UHGV virus genome: UHGV-0214148
DNA from: a virus
DNA length: 64,000 nucleotides
Direction: 5' to 3' (one strand)
Shown here: in pieces, positions 19,700 to 28,613 of the stretch
How positions within the stretch are numbered: the first letter of the stretch is position 1
How the letters are laid out: each line of letters starts with the position of its first letter
Program-made: the position numbers and the translations under genes
Notes under the pieces: model-generated
What the model saw: only the letters and a program-made list of their open reading frames with translations
What the model was told of the DNA's origin: nothing
The model's database searches: none

Positions 19700-20149
19700 T
19701 TAGAATGTTTTGCTAAAATCGACCCACTCACGATCGTGTGAGTAAACCGCTTGATAGCCGCGTCGGATGAAATACTCTTTTGCTTCTTTACATTTCGCAT
19801 ACATGCCAGTAACAATCTCGCCGAAAACTTCATCAGCTGCAATTGCTTTGAAAATCTCTTTCATTACACCCCGTTGACGATAGTCTGGGAGCACGTATAC
19901 CGAACGTATCTTAAGTGAACCGTTACGATTCCGATAACTACAGTATCCTACCGCGACATCATCCTGATACACCAGAACTATGCAGTTACCTTCGATCAGC
20001 TGTCGCGCATTTAACTTCGGCACCGACGTTTTGATTTTCAGTAACGTGGCCTGGTGGTCTAAGTAACGGTAGTGTAGTTTGAGTAAATCGGCAGCTTGAC
20101 GCTCACCGACTTTAGAAGATGCGTTCAACAAATAAATTTCCATTTGCAA
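19700..20149 (-). CDS. GNAT-family N-acetyltransferase
   Basis: Size (~149 aa) and YVLPDYRQRGVMKEIF, resembling GNAT motif A (acetyl-CoA binding R/Q-x-x-G-x-G/A). Confidence 0.5.
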   Translation of the reverse strand: MQMEIYLLNASSKVGERQAADLLKLHYRYLDHQATLLKIKTSVPKLNARQLIEGNCIVLVYQDDVAVGYCSYRNRNGSLKIRSVYVLPDYRQRGVMKEIFKAIAADEVFGEIVTGMYAKCKEAKEYFIRRGYQAVYSHDREWVDFSKTF

Positions 20150-20174
20150 ACCTTAGAGACGCAAAAAAGTAAAA

Positions 20175-20303
20175 TTAAAACCAACGCACGATGACGAATG
20201 CCGCAGCGGCTAATATGGCCGTGGTGATTATCAATCCACCCCATGAAAGTTCCGCGTCGTATAGTGCGGATATCGCTACATTCGTAGTGTTTATCGAGGT
20301 CAT
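20175..20303 (-). CDS. small hydrophobic peptide (42 aa)
   Basis: My own translation: MTSINTTNVAISALYDAELSWGGLIITTAILAAAAFVIVRWF, with SD AGGAGCAGAAA. Below the ORF-track size cutoff. Confidence 0.3.
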   Translation of the reverse strand: MTSINTTNVAISALYDAELSWGGLIITTAILAAAAFVIVRWF

Positions 20304-20470
20304 TTTCTGCTCCTAGTAATACCCTCACGTCGGAGGGTATTTTCCGGATTATTTGGGCGTTTAATCTTCAAACGCCCATCTGTGTTGTTTAACCAGCAAG
20401 TTTAAACCTTTACCGATTAACCACATCGCACCAAGTGTTAACAGAACCCCTTCAACCATATTCCCTTCTC

Positions 20471-20656
20471 CTAATTCCGCCATTCGCATTCGCGTTGACG
20501 CCAAATTGAACCCCACGATAGTTTAATCAGATAAGATGAAACTACCCATAAAATCATCACCACACAAAACATGACATAAAGAACCGCTAGAATGGACATG
20601 AAGCCAAACCCTGCCGCATCCACAATACGACGGAACCAATCAGTTTGCATAAACAA
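20471..20656 (-). CDS. small membrane protein (61 aa)
   Basis: Hydrophobic core GFGFMSILAVLYVMFCVVMILWVVSSYLI; overlaps the 3' end of the ATPase gene by 17 bp. Confidence 0.4.
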   Translation of the reverse strand: MFMQTDWFRRIVDAAGFGFMSILAVLYVMFCVVMILWVVSSYLIKLSWGSIWRQRECEWRN

Positions 20657-23144
20657 TTTTTACTCCTTCGTTATACACCGCAGGCAATGTCACCCCTTCC
20701 GGTTCGATGACACAGTACGATGCTTCATTAAGTTTAGAATGAACCTCGGCTTCGTGGGAGACTACCAACAGTTGGGAAAATTCTCCCGAGTTTGCTAACG
20801 TTTTAATAAAGCCGACCAGGTTGTTACGGTGCTCCTCATCCATGCCTTCCGAAGGCTCATCCAAAAGCAACGGAAACTGATGCAACTTCAGCGCTTTGTA
20901 CGCAGTCAGCCTGAACATCAGATTAAATATCGCACGCTGCGCCTTAGATCCTTTACGCACGTCAGGAACAGGCTCAGGATGCGTTTTTAGCTGGACAGGA
21001 AAAGTATAATCCAAATCGCCGTCAGTGAGGTCACAAGGCATAACGCGCATGGGGTACGTCCAGACTTGTTCGATATAACGCGTCATTAACTCTGTGATTC
21101 TAACGATAGCGTTGTAAAAATACTTTCTAAGTACACCCTTTTCTGGCGAGAAGGCTTGAATCATCAGTTTGTTATTGAACTGCTGGGCTTGTAAGTCAGC
21201 AAGTTCGCGTTCCAAACTGTTGAGCTGATTCAATTCATTTTCCATCTGACGATAACGTTCGCGTGCGGTTGTAAAAGCATCCAGCTTCCCTTCTCGAGCA
21301 CGTAAGAGTTCCTCGACGACTGTATTTGTCAACGTAACCTTAACATCACTCTCTAGCCGTTCGAATAACGCACTGAAATCATCTACAGCACGTTTAACAT
21401 TCACCAGATAGGTAAGTGTCGTGTTAGCCAGTTCGTGCTCTCTACGACGCATTGAGAGCATTTCTGTGGCTTTACCTAATCGCGACTGTTGGAAGGCGAT
21501 TTTCTGTTGTAAAGCGCCATCGACGTTACCAACGGCCGCTACGGCATCCTGCCATTCTTTTTCCGCCTTCACTAACCGTTGTCGGGTTTCATGATACTCA
21601 ATAGCAGAGTACAACTCGCTGTCAAACGCTGCGCATAGACTCCCGAACTGTTCACGTGATTCAGTGAAGACGTTACGTTCTTGCAAACGCTTAAAGAACA
21701 TGCTCAATACCGGGTCCTTTGAATACGTCAGTACAATCTCACGAACCTGCCGCATATAAGTTACATCAGATTCTAATTCAACACGATAGCGTAATAGGGC
21801 CTCTAACTGTGTTTGCAGTTCCGTGCGCTGCTGTTGTTGTCCGCGAATCGAAGACTCAAGTTCAGGTAAAGAACGCGTAACACCGGGCCGAAACTTAAAC
21901 CGACACTGCGGGCAATCCACTTCCGCTGTTTCTAAGTAGTGATTACGCTCGTGATTTAAATTCTGTAAAACGTTCTCCACTCGCTGGAGTCTATCCCGCA
22001 ACCCTGCGGTTTTTTGATCCATCACCAGAAGCCGTTCTTCCAAAACATTGAGTTTTTCGGTTGAATGAATTGCGTCCAGCGTTGTTCCTAACCGTTGCCC
22101 CCAGACACGCGCGTCGGTAGCCGCACGAAGTTGGTCTAAATTGACGTTGTCGTTAAATAGACCCGGAAAGAGATGCTCGGTGTCCCATTTGGTAAGTAAC
22201 TCACGTAAACGCGCCAATGTATTCTTGAGACCTTCGTGATTCCGCATCAGGTAGTCTTGTCGTGTTGACTCATCCATCAATAACGACAAGTCTTTATTCA
22301 ACATCGATACCTCTGTTTCAGTAGACACGACAGCTTCGCGGGCCGTCGCTTCGTTTTGTCGCGCGACCAGTATCTGTTCATCGGTAGGCAGGCCACCACG
22401 ATGTTGTAATATTGCGTCGATGGTTGGGCCCAAGCTGTTTAATAACGCTTGGATTGTTTCGATGGTGACGGCACGATTTAATCCTGGCAACTGTTCGATT
22501 TCTCGGTTCAATTCACGTAAATCCGATTCCAAACCTTTTAATCTCGTCGCTAACTGCTGCCGTTCTTCCTCGTTCTCAATAACACGCGTCCGTAATTCGG
22601 CGATCTTGCGGCTGGTGATTTCAATACCCCCATTTAAGGCAGTAAGGTTTTTACGTAAACGTTGATAAAACCCTAACGCGTAAGTGAGGTCAGAGGTACT
22701 TAAACGGTAAAACCATTTGCGGCGTAATTCGGTTCCCGCATCGGTTAACAACACCTCACCATTTAATAGTTCTTTAATCTCTTTCGTAATACCCGTGATT
22801 TCTTCAACACGGGAGTTGTAGACTTTCGCATTACCTTGCTCGACGATCTTTGTCCCCGTGGTCAGGTTCTCAATATCGCAAACCAAAGAGTTGCCTTTAC
22901 GGGCAACTTTGAATCGATAGCGTTGATCGCCAACTAAACAGTAGTTCGTGTAAGAACCGCCGTCCCTGAATTCAGTTTTAGCTGGTGCTAAGGGTAAGAA
23001 CACAGACAGTAGACTGGTTTTCCCGCAGCCGTTCCCACCCAGGATAATTGTTGTCGGAGACTGGATAGTGAAATCGAAGGTTTCAATTTCATGTAACCCC
23101 ATCCCCGTAAAACCTTTGAGTATAATGCGTTCAACTTTTAGCAT
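20640..23144 (-). CDS. Rad50/SbcC-like SMC-family ATPase
   Basis: N-terminal Walker A ILGGNGCGKTSLL, long coiled-coil middle with CPQCRF (possible zinc hook), C-terminal LLLDEPSEGMDEEHRN and VVSHEAEV (Walker B/D-loop/H-loop). Start placed at the ATG preceded by GGAGGTGGGT. Confidence 0.7.
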   Translation of the reverse strand: MLKVERIILKGFTGMGLHEIETFDFTIQSPTTIILGGNGCGKTSLLSVFLPLAPAKTEFRDGGSYTNYCLVGDQRYRFKVARKGNSLVCDIENLTTGTKIVEQGNAKVYNSRVEEITGITKEIKELLNGEVLLTDAGTELRRKWFYRLSTSDLTYALGFYQRLRKNLTALNGGIEITSRKIAELRTRVIENEEERQQLATRLKGLESDLRELNREIEQLPGLNRAVTIETIQALLNSLGPTIDAILQHRGGLPTDEQILVARQNEATAREAVVSTETEVSMLNKDLSLLMDESTRQDYLMRNHEGLKNTLARLRELLTKWDTEHLFPGLFNDNVNLDQLRAATDARVWGQRLGTTLDAIHSTEKLNVLEERLLVMDQKTAGLRDRLQRVENVLQNLNHERNHYLETAEVDCPQCRFKFRPGVTRSLPELESSIRGQQQQRTELQTQLEALLRYRVELESDVTYMRQVREIVLTYSKDPVLSMFFKRLQERNVFTESREQFGSLCAAFDSELYSAIEYHETRQRLVKAEKEWQDAVAAVGNVDGALQQKIAFQQSRLGKATEMLSMRRREHELANTTLTYLVNVKRAVDDFSALFERLESDVKVTLTNTVVEELLRAREGKLDAFTTARERYRQMENELNQLNSLERELADLQAQQFNNKLMIQAFSPEKGVLRKYFYNAIVRITELMTRYIEQVWTYPMRVMPCDLTDGDLDYTFPVQLKTHPEPVPDVRKGSKAQRAIFNLMFRLTAYKALKLHQFPLLLDEPSEGMDEEHRNNLVGFIKTLANSGEFSQLLVVSHEAEVHSKLNEASYCVIEPEGVTLPAVYNEGVKIVYAN

Positions 23145-23175
23145 ACCCACCTCCATAAAGACGGAGTGTGGTGTA

Positions 23176-23218
23176 AAAAGAAAAAAATAAAGAAAGGGAG
23201 AACCCGAAGGTTCTCCCT
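23176..23218 (-). terminator. rho-independent terminator
   Basis: GGGAGAACC-CGAA-GGTTCTCCC hairpin with a long T-run on the minus strand after the 23223-23831 stop. Confidence 0.65.
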
Positions 23219-23222
23219 AACG

Positions 23223-23831
23223 TTATTTGGTATACAGCTGATAACCCATTGAAGCCCAATAATCAATGTTCTTCGCGTTTTCTACCCAAACCTGTCCCGC
23301 CTTTGTGGCTAAGACTTCCATTGTCAATGTACAGATCAGATTTGTTACCTGGATACAATTTCCAGGTGTAACATCATCCAGATAAACCGGATATAAAAAC
23401 GGCGATTTAATGGATTGGTACGGGTAAGAATAGTGGCTACCGACTTTCCACCCTTCTTCTACAGGGCAGAGATTATAAGTGCGTGTTTCAGGAACTGCGT
23501 TTTCAGAGATCCAGTTAACAACATCGGCTTTGATTCGATCGTGGTCGATATAGTAGAACACAACACGTTGTGGGATACTTGTGGTACCAGCCGGGTCTAA
23601 AGCCTCCAACGCCTTAAAAGGCGACGTTAACAATGTTGTACTGTTCTCAAGTGCGTAAACCAACTTTTCGTAAGCGGTTGGCGTTTTGCGTTTAAAATAT
23701 TCCCGTAAGCGAGGGTACGCCAGGAAGCCCTCTACTTCTTCTTCCATTAAGTCAATGAATAAAGGCGTATGCGAAAATCGCTCTGCATTTTGCATCGCTT
23801 CAAGAAAACGAACTAATGTAATTTCGTTCAT
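23223..23831 (-). CDS. hypothetical protein
   Basis: 202-aa ORF; no metallophosphatase motifs, so not an obvious SbcD partner. Confidence 0.5.
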   Translation of the reverse strand: MNEITLVRFLEAMQNAERFSHTPLFIDLMEEEVEGFLAYPRLREYFKRKTPTAYEKLVYALENSTTLLTSPFKALEALDPAGTTSIPQRVVFYYIDHDRIKADVVNWISENAVPETRTYNLCPVEEGWKVGSHYSYPYQSIKSPFLYPVYLDDVTPGNCIQVTNLICTLTMEVLATKAGQVWVENAKNIDYWASMGYQLYTK

Positions 23832-23887
23832 CTGGTCTTTCCTTTTAGATCAAAAAAAGAAGCCCCGAGTAAACGGGGCCGGGCTAA

Positions 23888-24364
23888 TTACAGCCCTAAG
23901 TGCGTGAGTGATAAAATAGGTTGTGTTTCACCTTTAATCGTCGCGAAGGAACGATACATTTCTGCGTTACTTGAAAAAACTTCGTTAGCAACGATACATT
24001 CACCCGTCTCTAAAGAAAGGAGATAAATGTAGTCGCTCCATACGCTTTGTACCAACACCCACTCAAGTGCGGTATCATTTTCGCGTGTTGTTCGCAGGTG
24101 GTGAAAGTAAGGACGGATCGCATCAACTGCCGCATTAAAACGACGGTGATAAATTCGGGTTAAATCAAAGGTCCAGATTGTTTCCAGGTCGACTGGATGT
24201 AATGTGCGCACCGTTTCGATAATCGTCGACTGATCGTTAAGGCGCGAGGCTTCGGCGATACGTAGCAGTTTCCAGGCTACCGTTAAGTTGTGGCGAATTT
24301 GTTCAGGTTTAGCCGACAGGTCATGATGAAATTGCGCAGCTTGGTAAACGTTAGATAATTGCAT
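23888..24364 (-). CDS. hypothetical protein
   Basis: 158-aa ORF preceded by the recurring CCTAAAGGAGTATTAAAATG initiation context. Confidence 0.5.
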   Translation of the reverse strand: MQLSNVYQAAQFHHDLSAKPEQIRHNLTVAWKLLRIAEASRLNDQSTIIETVRTLHPVDLETIWTFDLTRIYHRRFNAAVDAIRPYFHHLRTTRENDTALEWVLVQSVWSDYIYLLSLETGECIVANEVFSSNAEMYRSFATIKGETQPILSLTHLGL

Positions 24365-24430
24365 TTTAATACTCCTTTAGGTAAATATGTCGTAAAAAGG
24401 ACCCCGGACGTACCGGGGCCAAGACTACAC

Positions 24431-24820
24431 TCAAAGATCTAATTCGATAGCACCAGCCATCTTGCCCCGTTCTTCTATAACGATCAGATAACGGTCGCGA
24501 GATTTGCTTTTAGCGAGAGTTAAGACAACGGTAGGGTCGCACGTTTTCGTGGTGATAGGAAGAACCTCTCTTGCGACGGAATCGAGCAGAAAGTAATAAC
24601 CTGCGGGACACATTGTGCCGCCATCAGCTTTTACCAGAATATAGCGCCCGTCTGCGCCGACTTCTTGGCAGATTGTTTCACCGACTTCGCAAACTTCAAA
24701 CCCCGGAGGATTGTACTGGTAATCGGTATTGTTGTTTGGGGTTAGCAGTAAATCGTTAACTTGAGTAGATGCTGCTACACTCAGGGAGAAGAAGAATGCT
24801 AAAACGCAGACGAGACGCAT
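24431..24820 (-). CDS. small secreted protein (signal peptide)
   Basis: MRLVCVLAFFFSLSVAAS signal-like N-terminus; 129 aa. Confidence 0.5.
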   Translation of the reverse strand: MRLVCVLAFFFSLSVAASTQVNDLLLTPNNNTDYQYNPPGFEVCEVGETICQEVGADGRYILVKADGGTMCPAGYYFLLDSVAREVLPITTKTCDPTVVLTLAKSKSRDRYLIVIEERGKMAGAIELDL

Positions 24821-24830
24821 GAGTTACTCC

Positions 24831-25241
24831 TTAAATTTTAAGTTTATCCATAGCTACAACGATAGGTTTTTCCGAAGTGTCTAATATCCCTACCATTGGC
24901 ACACCATCTACGACTTCGAAGAATGGTTTGTTATTACCAGAGCATAGACGTTTGTCGTTGTATTCGAGACGCTGAGCCTTCCACGTTTCGAGGTTGAGTA
25001 CGGACATTGGGCTGTCGTAGCACCAGGCACCACCTTGCTCAACGATGAATACGTATCTGCTACCTTTGTATTTAAACAGGCTCTTTGCCTGGCAGTACAA
25101 CCCGTCTATTTCCGTACAATAGAAATCATCGGTGCTATTGACGTACTTAATATTGTCTGGCAACTGTATTGTCTTTGCTGTAGCGTTGACAGAGAACAGA
25201 ACAGCCATTGCAATGAGAAGAGTATTAATGATAGTTTTCAT
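24831..25241 (-). CDS. small secreted protein (signal peptide)
   Basis: MKTIINTLLIAMAVLFSVNATA signal-like N-terminus; 136 aa. Confidence 0.5.
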   Translation of the reverse strand: MKTIINTLLIAMAVLFSVNATAKTIQLPDNIKYVNSTDDFYCTEIDGLYCQAKSLFKYKGSRYVFIVEQGGAWCYDSPMSVLNLETWKAQRLEYNDKRLCSGNNKPFFEVVDGVPMVGILDTSEKPIVVAMDKLKI

Positions 25242-25252
25242 GATAAAAGTCC

Positions 25253-25738
25253 TTAGTATTTAGATTGTTCTACGTACTTCTTAACCAGGTAAGCGAATTC
25301 GGCAACACCGATATCACCGAACCAAATCAGGTAACCGGGGTCGATGTTGTAGTAATAACCGACGAGTTTCTTGGTGTGTGGGTTGTATAGCGTTACGATG
25401 TATTCCCAACCACAAGCGTTAGCTTTACAACCGCCACTTTCAATCCAGATTTTGTTGTTGATGTTTACCGGATACATGTTACCGCCAGGGCCATCCATGT
25501 AACCTTTAGAGCCGAACATACCATCCAGTCCCACAGGGTCTAGTGTTTTATCAACAACGGCTTTAAACGACTTATCGGTATCGTACAAGTCGTTGATGTT
25601 TGGGCACGCATTTGGCTGGCCTTCCCAAGCGTTTCCATCACAGGTAAGCAATTCGTCTACGGAGGCCGCATCTACAGTTGGCGTGGCACCGATAAACAAG
25701 AAAACCAGAAAGAACATCAGTGTATGTAAACGTTTCAT
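25253..25738 (-). CDS. small secreted protein (signal peptide)
   Basis: MKRLHTLMFFLVFLFIGATPTVDA signal-like N-terminus; 161 aa. Confidence 0.5.
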   Translation of the reverse strand: MKRLHTLMFFLVFLFIGATPTVDAASVDELLTCDGNAWEGQPNACPNINDLYDTDKSFKAVVDKTLDPVGLDGMFGSKGYMDGPGGNMYPVNINNKIWIESGGCKANACGWEYIVTLYNPHTKKLVGYYYNIDPGYLIWFGDIGVAEFAYLVKKYVEQSKY

Positions 25739-25756
25739 TGTAACTACTCCTTTAGA

Positions 25757-26149
25757 TTATTCGGCAGGACGATTTAAGGTAACGCGTCCGATTAATTCAG
25801 CGTTGTGAAAGAAGTCCACAGCGGTATAGTTACCAACTGATAGCGGATGGATACTAACTGACATTACTTTTGGTTGTTCGCAGGCGATATCCGTCAGGCG
25901 TTGGTAGACTTGTGCACGAGTGTCAGCAATGAGTAATCCCGTACACGTTTCACCACGCACTAAACGATAAACTTGCAGTTTACCGAAACTGCGCATTAAC
26001 GTAGGCGTCTCATCCGGGTTGATAATCGGTGACTCAGGAGCCGGTTCGTAATAGCGGACATCCGAATCACCGAAAGCATAAGTGCCAGTAATTCCGACCG
26101 CACAGAAAACAATGATAGTATAAAGTATAGTTCTGATATTCATTTTCAC
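25757..26149 (-). CDS. small secreted protein (signal peptide)
   Basis: MKMNIRTILYTIIVFCAVGITGTYA signal-like N-terminus; 130 aa. Confidence 0.5.
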   Translation of the reverse strand: MKMNIRTILYTIIVFCAVGITGTYAFGDSDVRYYEPAPESPIINPDETPTLMRSFGKLQVYRLVRGETCTGLLIADTRAQVYQRLTDIACEQPKVMSVSIHPLSVGNYTAVDFFHNAELIGRVTLNRPAE

Positions 26150-26171
26150 GCACTCTAAAAAAGATTAATAC

Positions 26172-26633
26172 TTATTTGTTAGGACGGGTGTGTCCACAGT
26201 TCTGGAAGAAAGTTTCAGATAAACGATCGCCTTCTACGGTAAAGTTAGCGGCATCGTTACCATTGATACTCACACTGAAAGTTTTGGCATTACCGATAGC
26301 AATAACGAAAGCAACCCAAGCGTGTTCTGCCTTGTCGCTACCGTCCACGGTAGGGATGTTATAGGTTTTGCCGTTTACGACAATATCCATCGTGTTATCT
26401 TCAGCGTTAGTTGCACCTACGGGTTCCCCGTAATACCAAACCATGCGACCGTAAAATTTGCGATTCACAGTTTCTGTGTCACAGTTGATAGACAGTCCGT
26501 TTCCGGCGGTGTCTTCGATTTCGTAAACTGCCTGGCCAGGGTTTTGTATTTGTTCCCAACTATTGATTGCAGCGTATGCGCTATTGAGGCCGAAAGTTAA
26601 AATGGTTATTAAGAATGTGATAAAGGTTTTCAT
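26172..26633 (-). CDS. small secreted protein (signal peptide)
   Basis: MKTFITFLITILTFGLNSAYA signal-like N-terminus; 153 aa. Confidence 0.5.
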   Translation of the reverse strand: MKTFITFLITILTFGLNSAYAAINSWEQIQNPGQAVYEIEDTAGNGLSINCDTETVNRKFYGRMVWYYGEPVGATNAEDNTMDIVVNGKTYNIPTVDGSDKAEHAWVAFVIAIGNAKTFSVSINGNDAANFTVEGDRLSETFFQNCGHTRPNK

Positions 26634-26679
26634 TGAAATGCTCCTTCGAGTTATGGGGAAGCTCCCACAAATTATGAAA

Positions 26680-27051
26680 TTAAATAACTGTGTTGGGTAA
26701 TGCTTTAATCTGTGTATAACTATCTCCGATACCTCTTATCATTTCCAGACGCTCTTCTGTAGAAAGGCTTTGGTTAATGTCTTTGTCAAGATTGAACAGT
26801 GTCAAGAGTTTTGCAATTGCAACCGTCAAGTTGTCGGACAGCTCGTTGTTTTTACGCCATTCTTCGTTACGGAAAATAGAGATAAGGTCTTTCGCCTGGC
26901 CTTCAGCGTGCGGTTTGGCTAACTGCGCGTCACGCTGTTCGATAAGGTATGCTTCGTTAGTAAGTAAACGTTTCAGGTTTTCTGGGTTAGTGGCAGCGCG
27001 AGTAACGATCATTAATACAACAAACGGGTCTTTAAATAATTCGTTTTTCAT
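26680..27051 (-). CDS. hypothetical protein
   Basis: 123-aa ORF preceded on its sense strand by the conserved ~76-bp leader repeat. Confidence 0.5.
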   Translation of the reverse strand: MKNELFKDPFVVLMIVTRAATNPENLKRLLTNEAYLIEQRDAQLAKPHAEGQAKDLISIFRNEEWRKNNELSDNLTVAIAKLLTLFNLDKDINQSLSTEERLEMIRGIGDSYTQIKALPNTVI

Positions 27052-27057
27052 CTTTAG

Positions 27058-27133
27058 TTCTCCTAAAATGGTTTTCGTTAAGTGAGAGCTTTTGTACTCT
27101 CACCTAAGTAATATATATCTGAAATTATTTTTA
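27058..27133 (-). repeat. conserved ~76-bp 5' leader cassette, copy 1 (hairpin plus AT-rich 21-bp motif)
   Basis: Nearly identical to 63307-63383; contains the inverted repeat GTGAGAG/CTCTCAC (27082-27103) and TAAGTAATATATATCTGAAAT (27105-27125), directly upstream of the 26680-27051 start. Confidence 0.6.
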
Positions 27134-27144
27134 ATATTAACGAA

Positions 27145-27178
27145 CAAAAAAATAAAAGGTGGGGGTAAACCCCCACCG
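27145..27178 (-). terminator. rho-independent terminator
   Basis: GGTGGGGG-TAAA-CCCCCACC hairpin followed by a T-run on the minus strand after the 27182-27760 stop. Confidence 0.7.
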
Positions 27179-27181
27179 ATG

Positions 27182-27760
27182 TTATACATCGAACCGATAC
27201 TGCCGGGAGTTAATGAGGAATTCGGTATTCAGCTCAATCCATTCGAGTAAATCACCCAACGGTAATCGGTTTGGGTTTTCTAACTCAATAGACGCTACCG
27301 GATAAGAGTTTACTAATTCCGTAATTGTATCAATACCCTCTTGCGTTCCATCGTCTTCTAAGGTGATTGTAAACGGCATATCGGTACGATCCGCATTAGG
27401 ATTGTACAAACTGACTTTTGTTGCTTGGACAAACGCAGACAGGTCGTCACGTATAATGCGTGTATCAGGCGATAGAACTACCCAGAGATGCTGCCCTGGC
27501 TGGAGTTTACGTTTTGCGTAGTTTAAGAAAGGACTTGCCATCAAGTTTTCCAAACCACAACAGATGCTACGTAACTGTATTCCGCGCGGATCTCGGTAAT
27601 CCACATCGAAAATTCCCACAGGTTCATTCGCTGCCTGTTTTATCAGAAAGGCCAATACCGTGTCCGCTCTTTCTGGTAAGGAAAGCTCTATTCCCTCAAG
27701 CTCCCCATCGACGAGATTTTCTAACCAAACGTCTTTTCGCATTTCTATTAATCGGTACAC
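27182..27760 (-). CDS. hypothetical protein
   Basis: 192-aa ORF. Confidence 0.5.
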   Translation of the reverse strand: MYRLIEMRKDVWLENLVDGELEGIELSLPERADTVLAFLIKQAANEPVGIFDVDYRDPRGIQLRSICCGLENLMASPFLNYAKRKLQPGQHLWVVLSPDTRIIRDDLSAFVQATKVSLYNPNADRTDMPFTITLEDDGTQEGIDTITELVNSYPVASIELENPNRLPLGDLLEWIELNTEFLINSRQYRFDV

Positions 27761-27772
27761 GGTTCCACCTCA

Positions 27773-28546
27773 CTAATAATTAAGTTTTACATCGGCAATA
27801 AACAGCAATTGTTTACCATGTTGCTGCACTTCTTTCCAACCTAGTTTCATAGCAGCGTCAACAACATCTAACATGCTGTAACGGGACATCAAAGATTCTG
27901 ATTTTGTTCCTGACATTAAGTAAAGTGGCTCATTAGGGCTACGGTCACGTGCGTCAGGAAGTTCCCGAGAGACTGCTGATCCTTCGGGTACGGTAACAAC
28001 ATGAATCACGGTAAATGGTCTCTTGTGCGTCAGATAGATACGAAACCCAACGTGTTCAGATTCATGAAAGACTTTCTTCACAACCACATCTTTTAGTGTC
28101 GTCTGAACATCAGCCCCAGGTAATATCGTGGTTTCACGTGAAACGAAACAACGGCTATTTTCAATCGTGGAGAAATAATTACGTATCGGCAAACTAGCGT
28201 TATGATCGCGCAGTTTTTTGCTCAGTAGATCGAAGTTCAGTTCTTTAACCTTTTCTAGCCATTCTTTGGCTTGTTGAATGTAATAACTACCAACAGCGCG
28301 ATAAGTTAATACCTTACCTGTGCTCACTTGCCAGAGCTTGATGCTTAGTGAATTTGGCTTATAGCGACGATACTCACCACGCGTATAGTTGATGCGCTCG
28401 TAACGCTCTACACCGTCAACGGGTGCAGTTTCGACCGATTGTAATTGCAGCGTACGATCTAATCTATCGGCAAATAGTAGTGATGTTAGCGGGCCTTCGA
28501 TCATATACGGTTCGGTTTTAAAGATATCGTCTAAATGGACTTTCAT
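27773..28546 (-). CDS. hypothetical protein, member of tandem paralog family (conserved C-terminal GW...QLLF motif)
   Basis: C-terminus LGWKEVQQHGKQLLFIADVKLNY resembles the C-termini of the next upstream ORFs. Confidence 0.5.
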   Translation of the reverse strand: MKVHLDDIFKTEPYMIEGPLTSLLFADRLDRTLQLQSVETAPVDGVERYERINYTRGEYRRYKPNSLSIKLWQVSTGKVLTYRAVGSYYIQQAKEWLEKVKELNFDLLSKKLRDHNASLPIRNYFSTIENSRCFVSRETTILPGADVQTTLKDVVVKKVFHESEHVGFRIYLTHKRPFTVIHVVTVPEGSAVSRELPDARDRSPNEPLYLMSGTKSESLMSRYSMLDVVDAAMKLGWKEVQQHGKQLLFIADVKLNY

Positions 28547-28613
28547 TTCTATTTCCTTCTTAACAAAAGCCGCGACTAAAGCGCGGCAGTTAGAGAAAGT
28601 GTATTTTCACTTA

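Noticed and set aside
23223-23831. Candidate SbcD/Mre11 (gp47-like) partner upstream of the Rad50-like gene
   Set aside because: No metallophosphatase motifs (D-x-H, GD, GNHE) in the 202-aa product.
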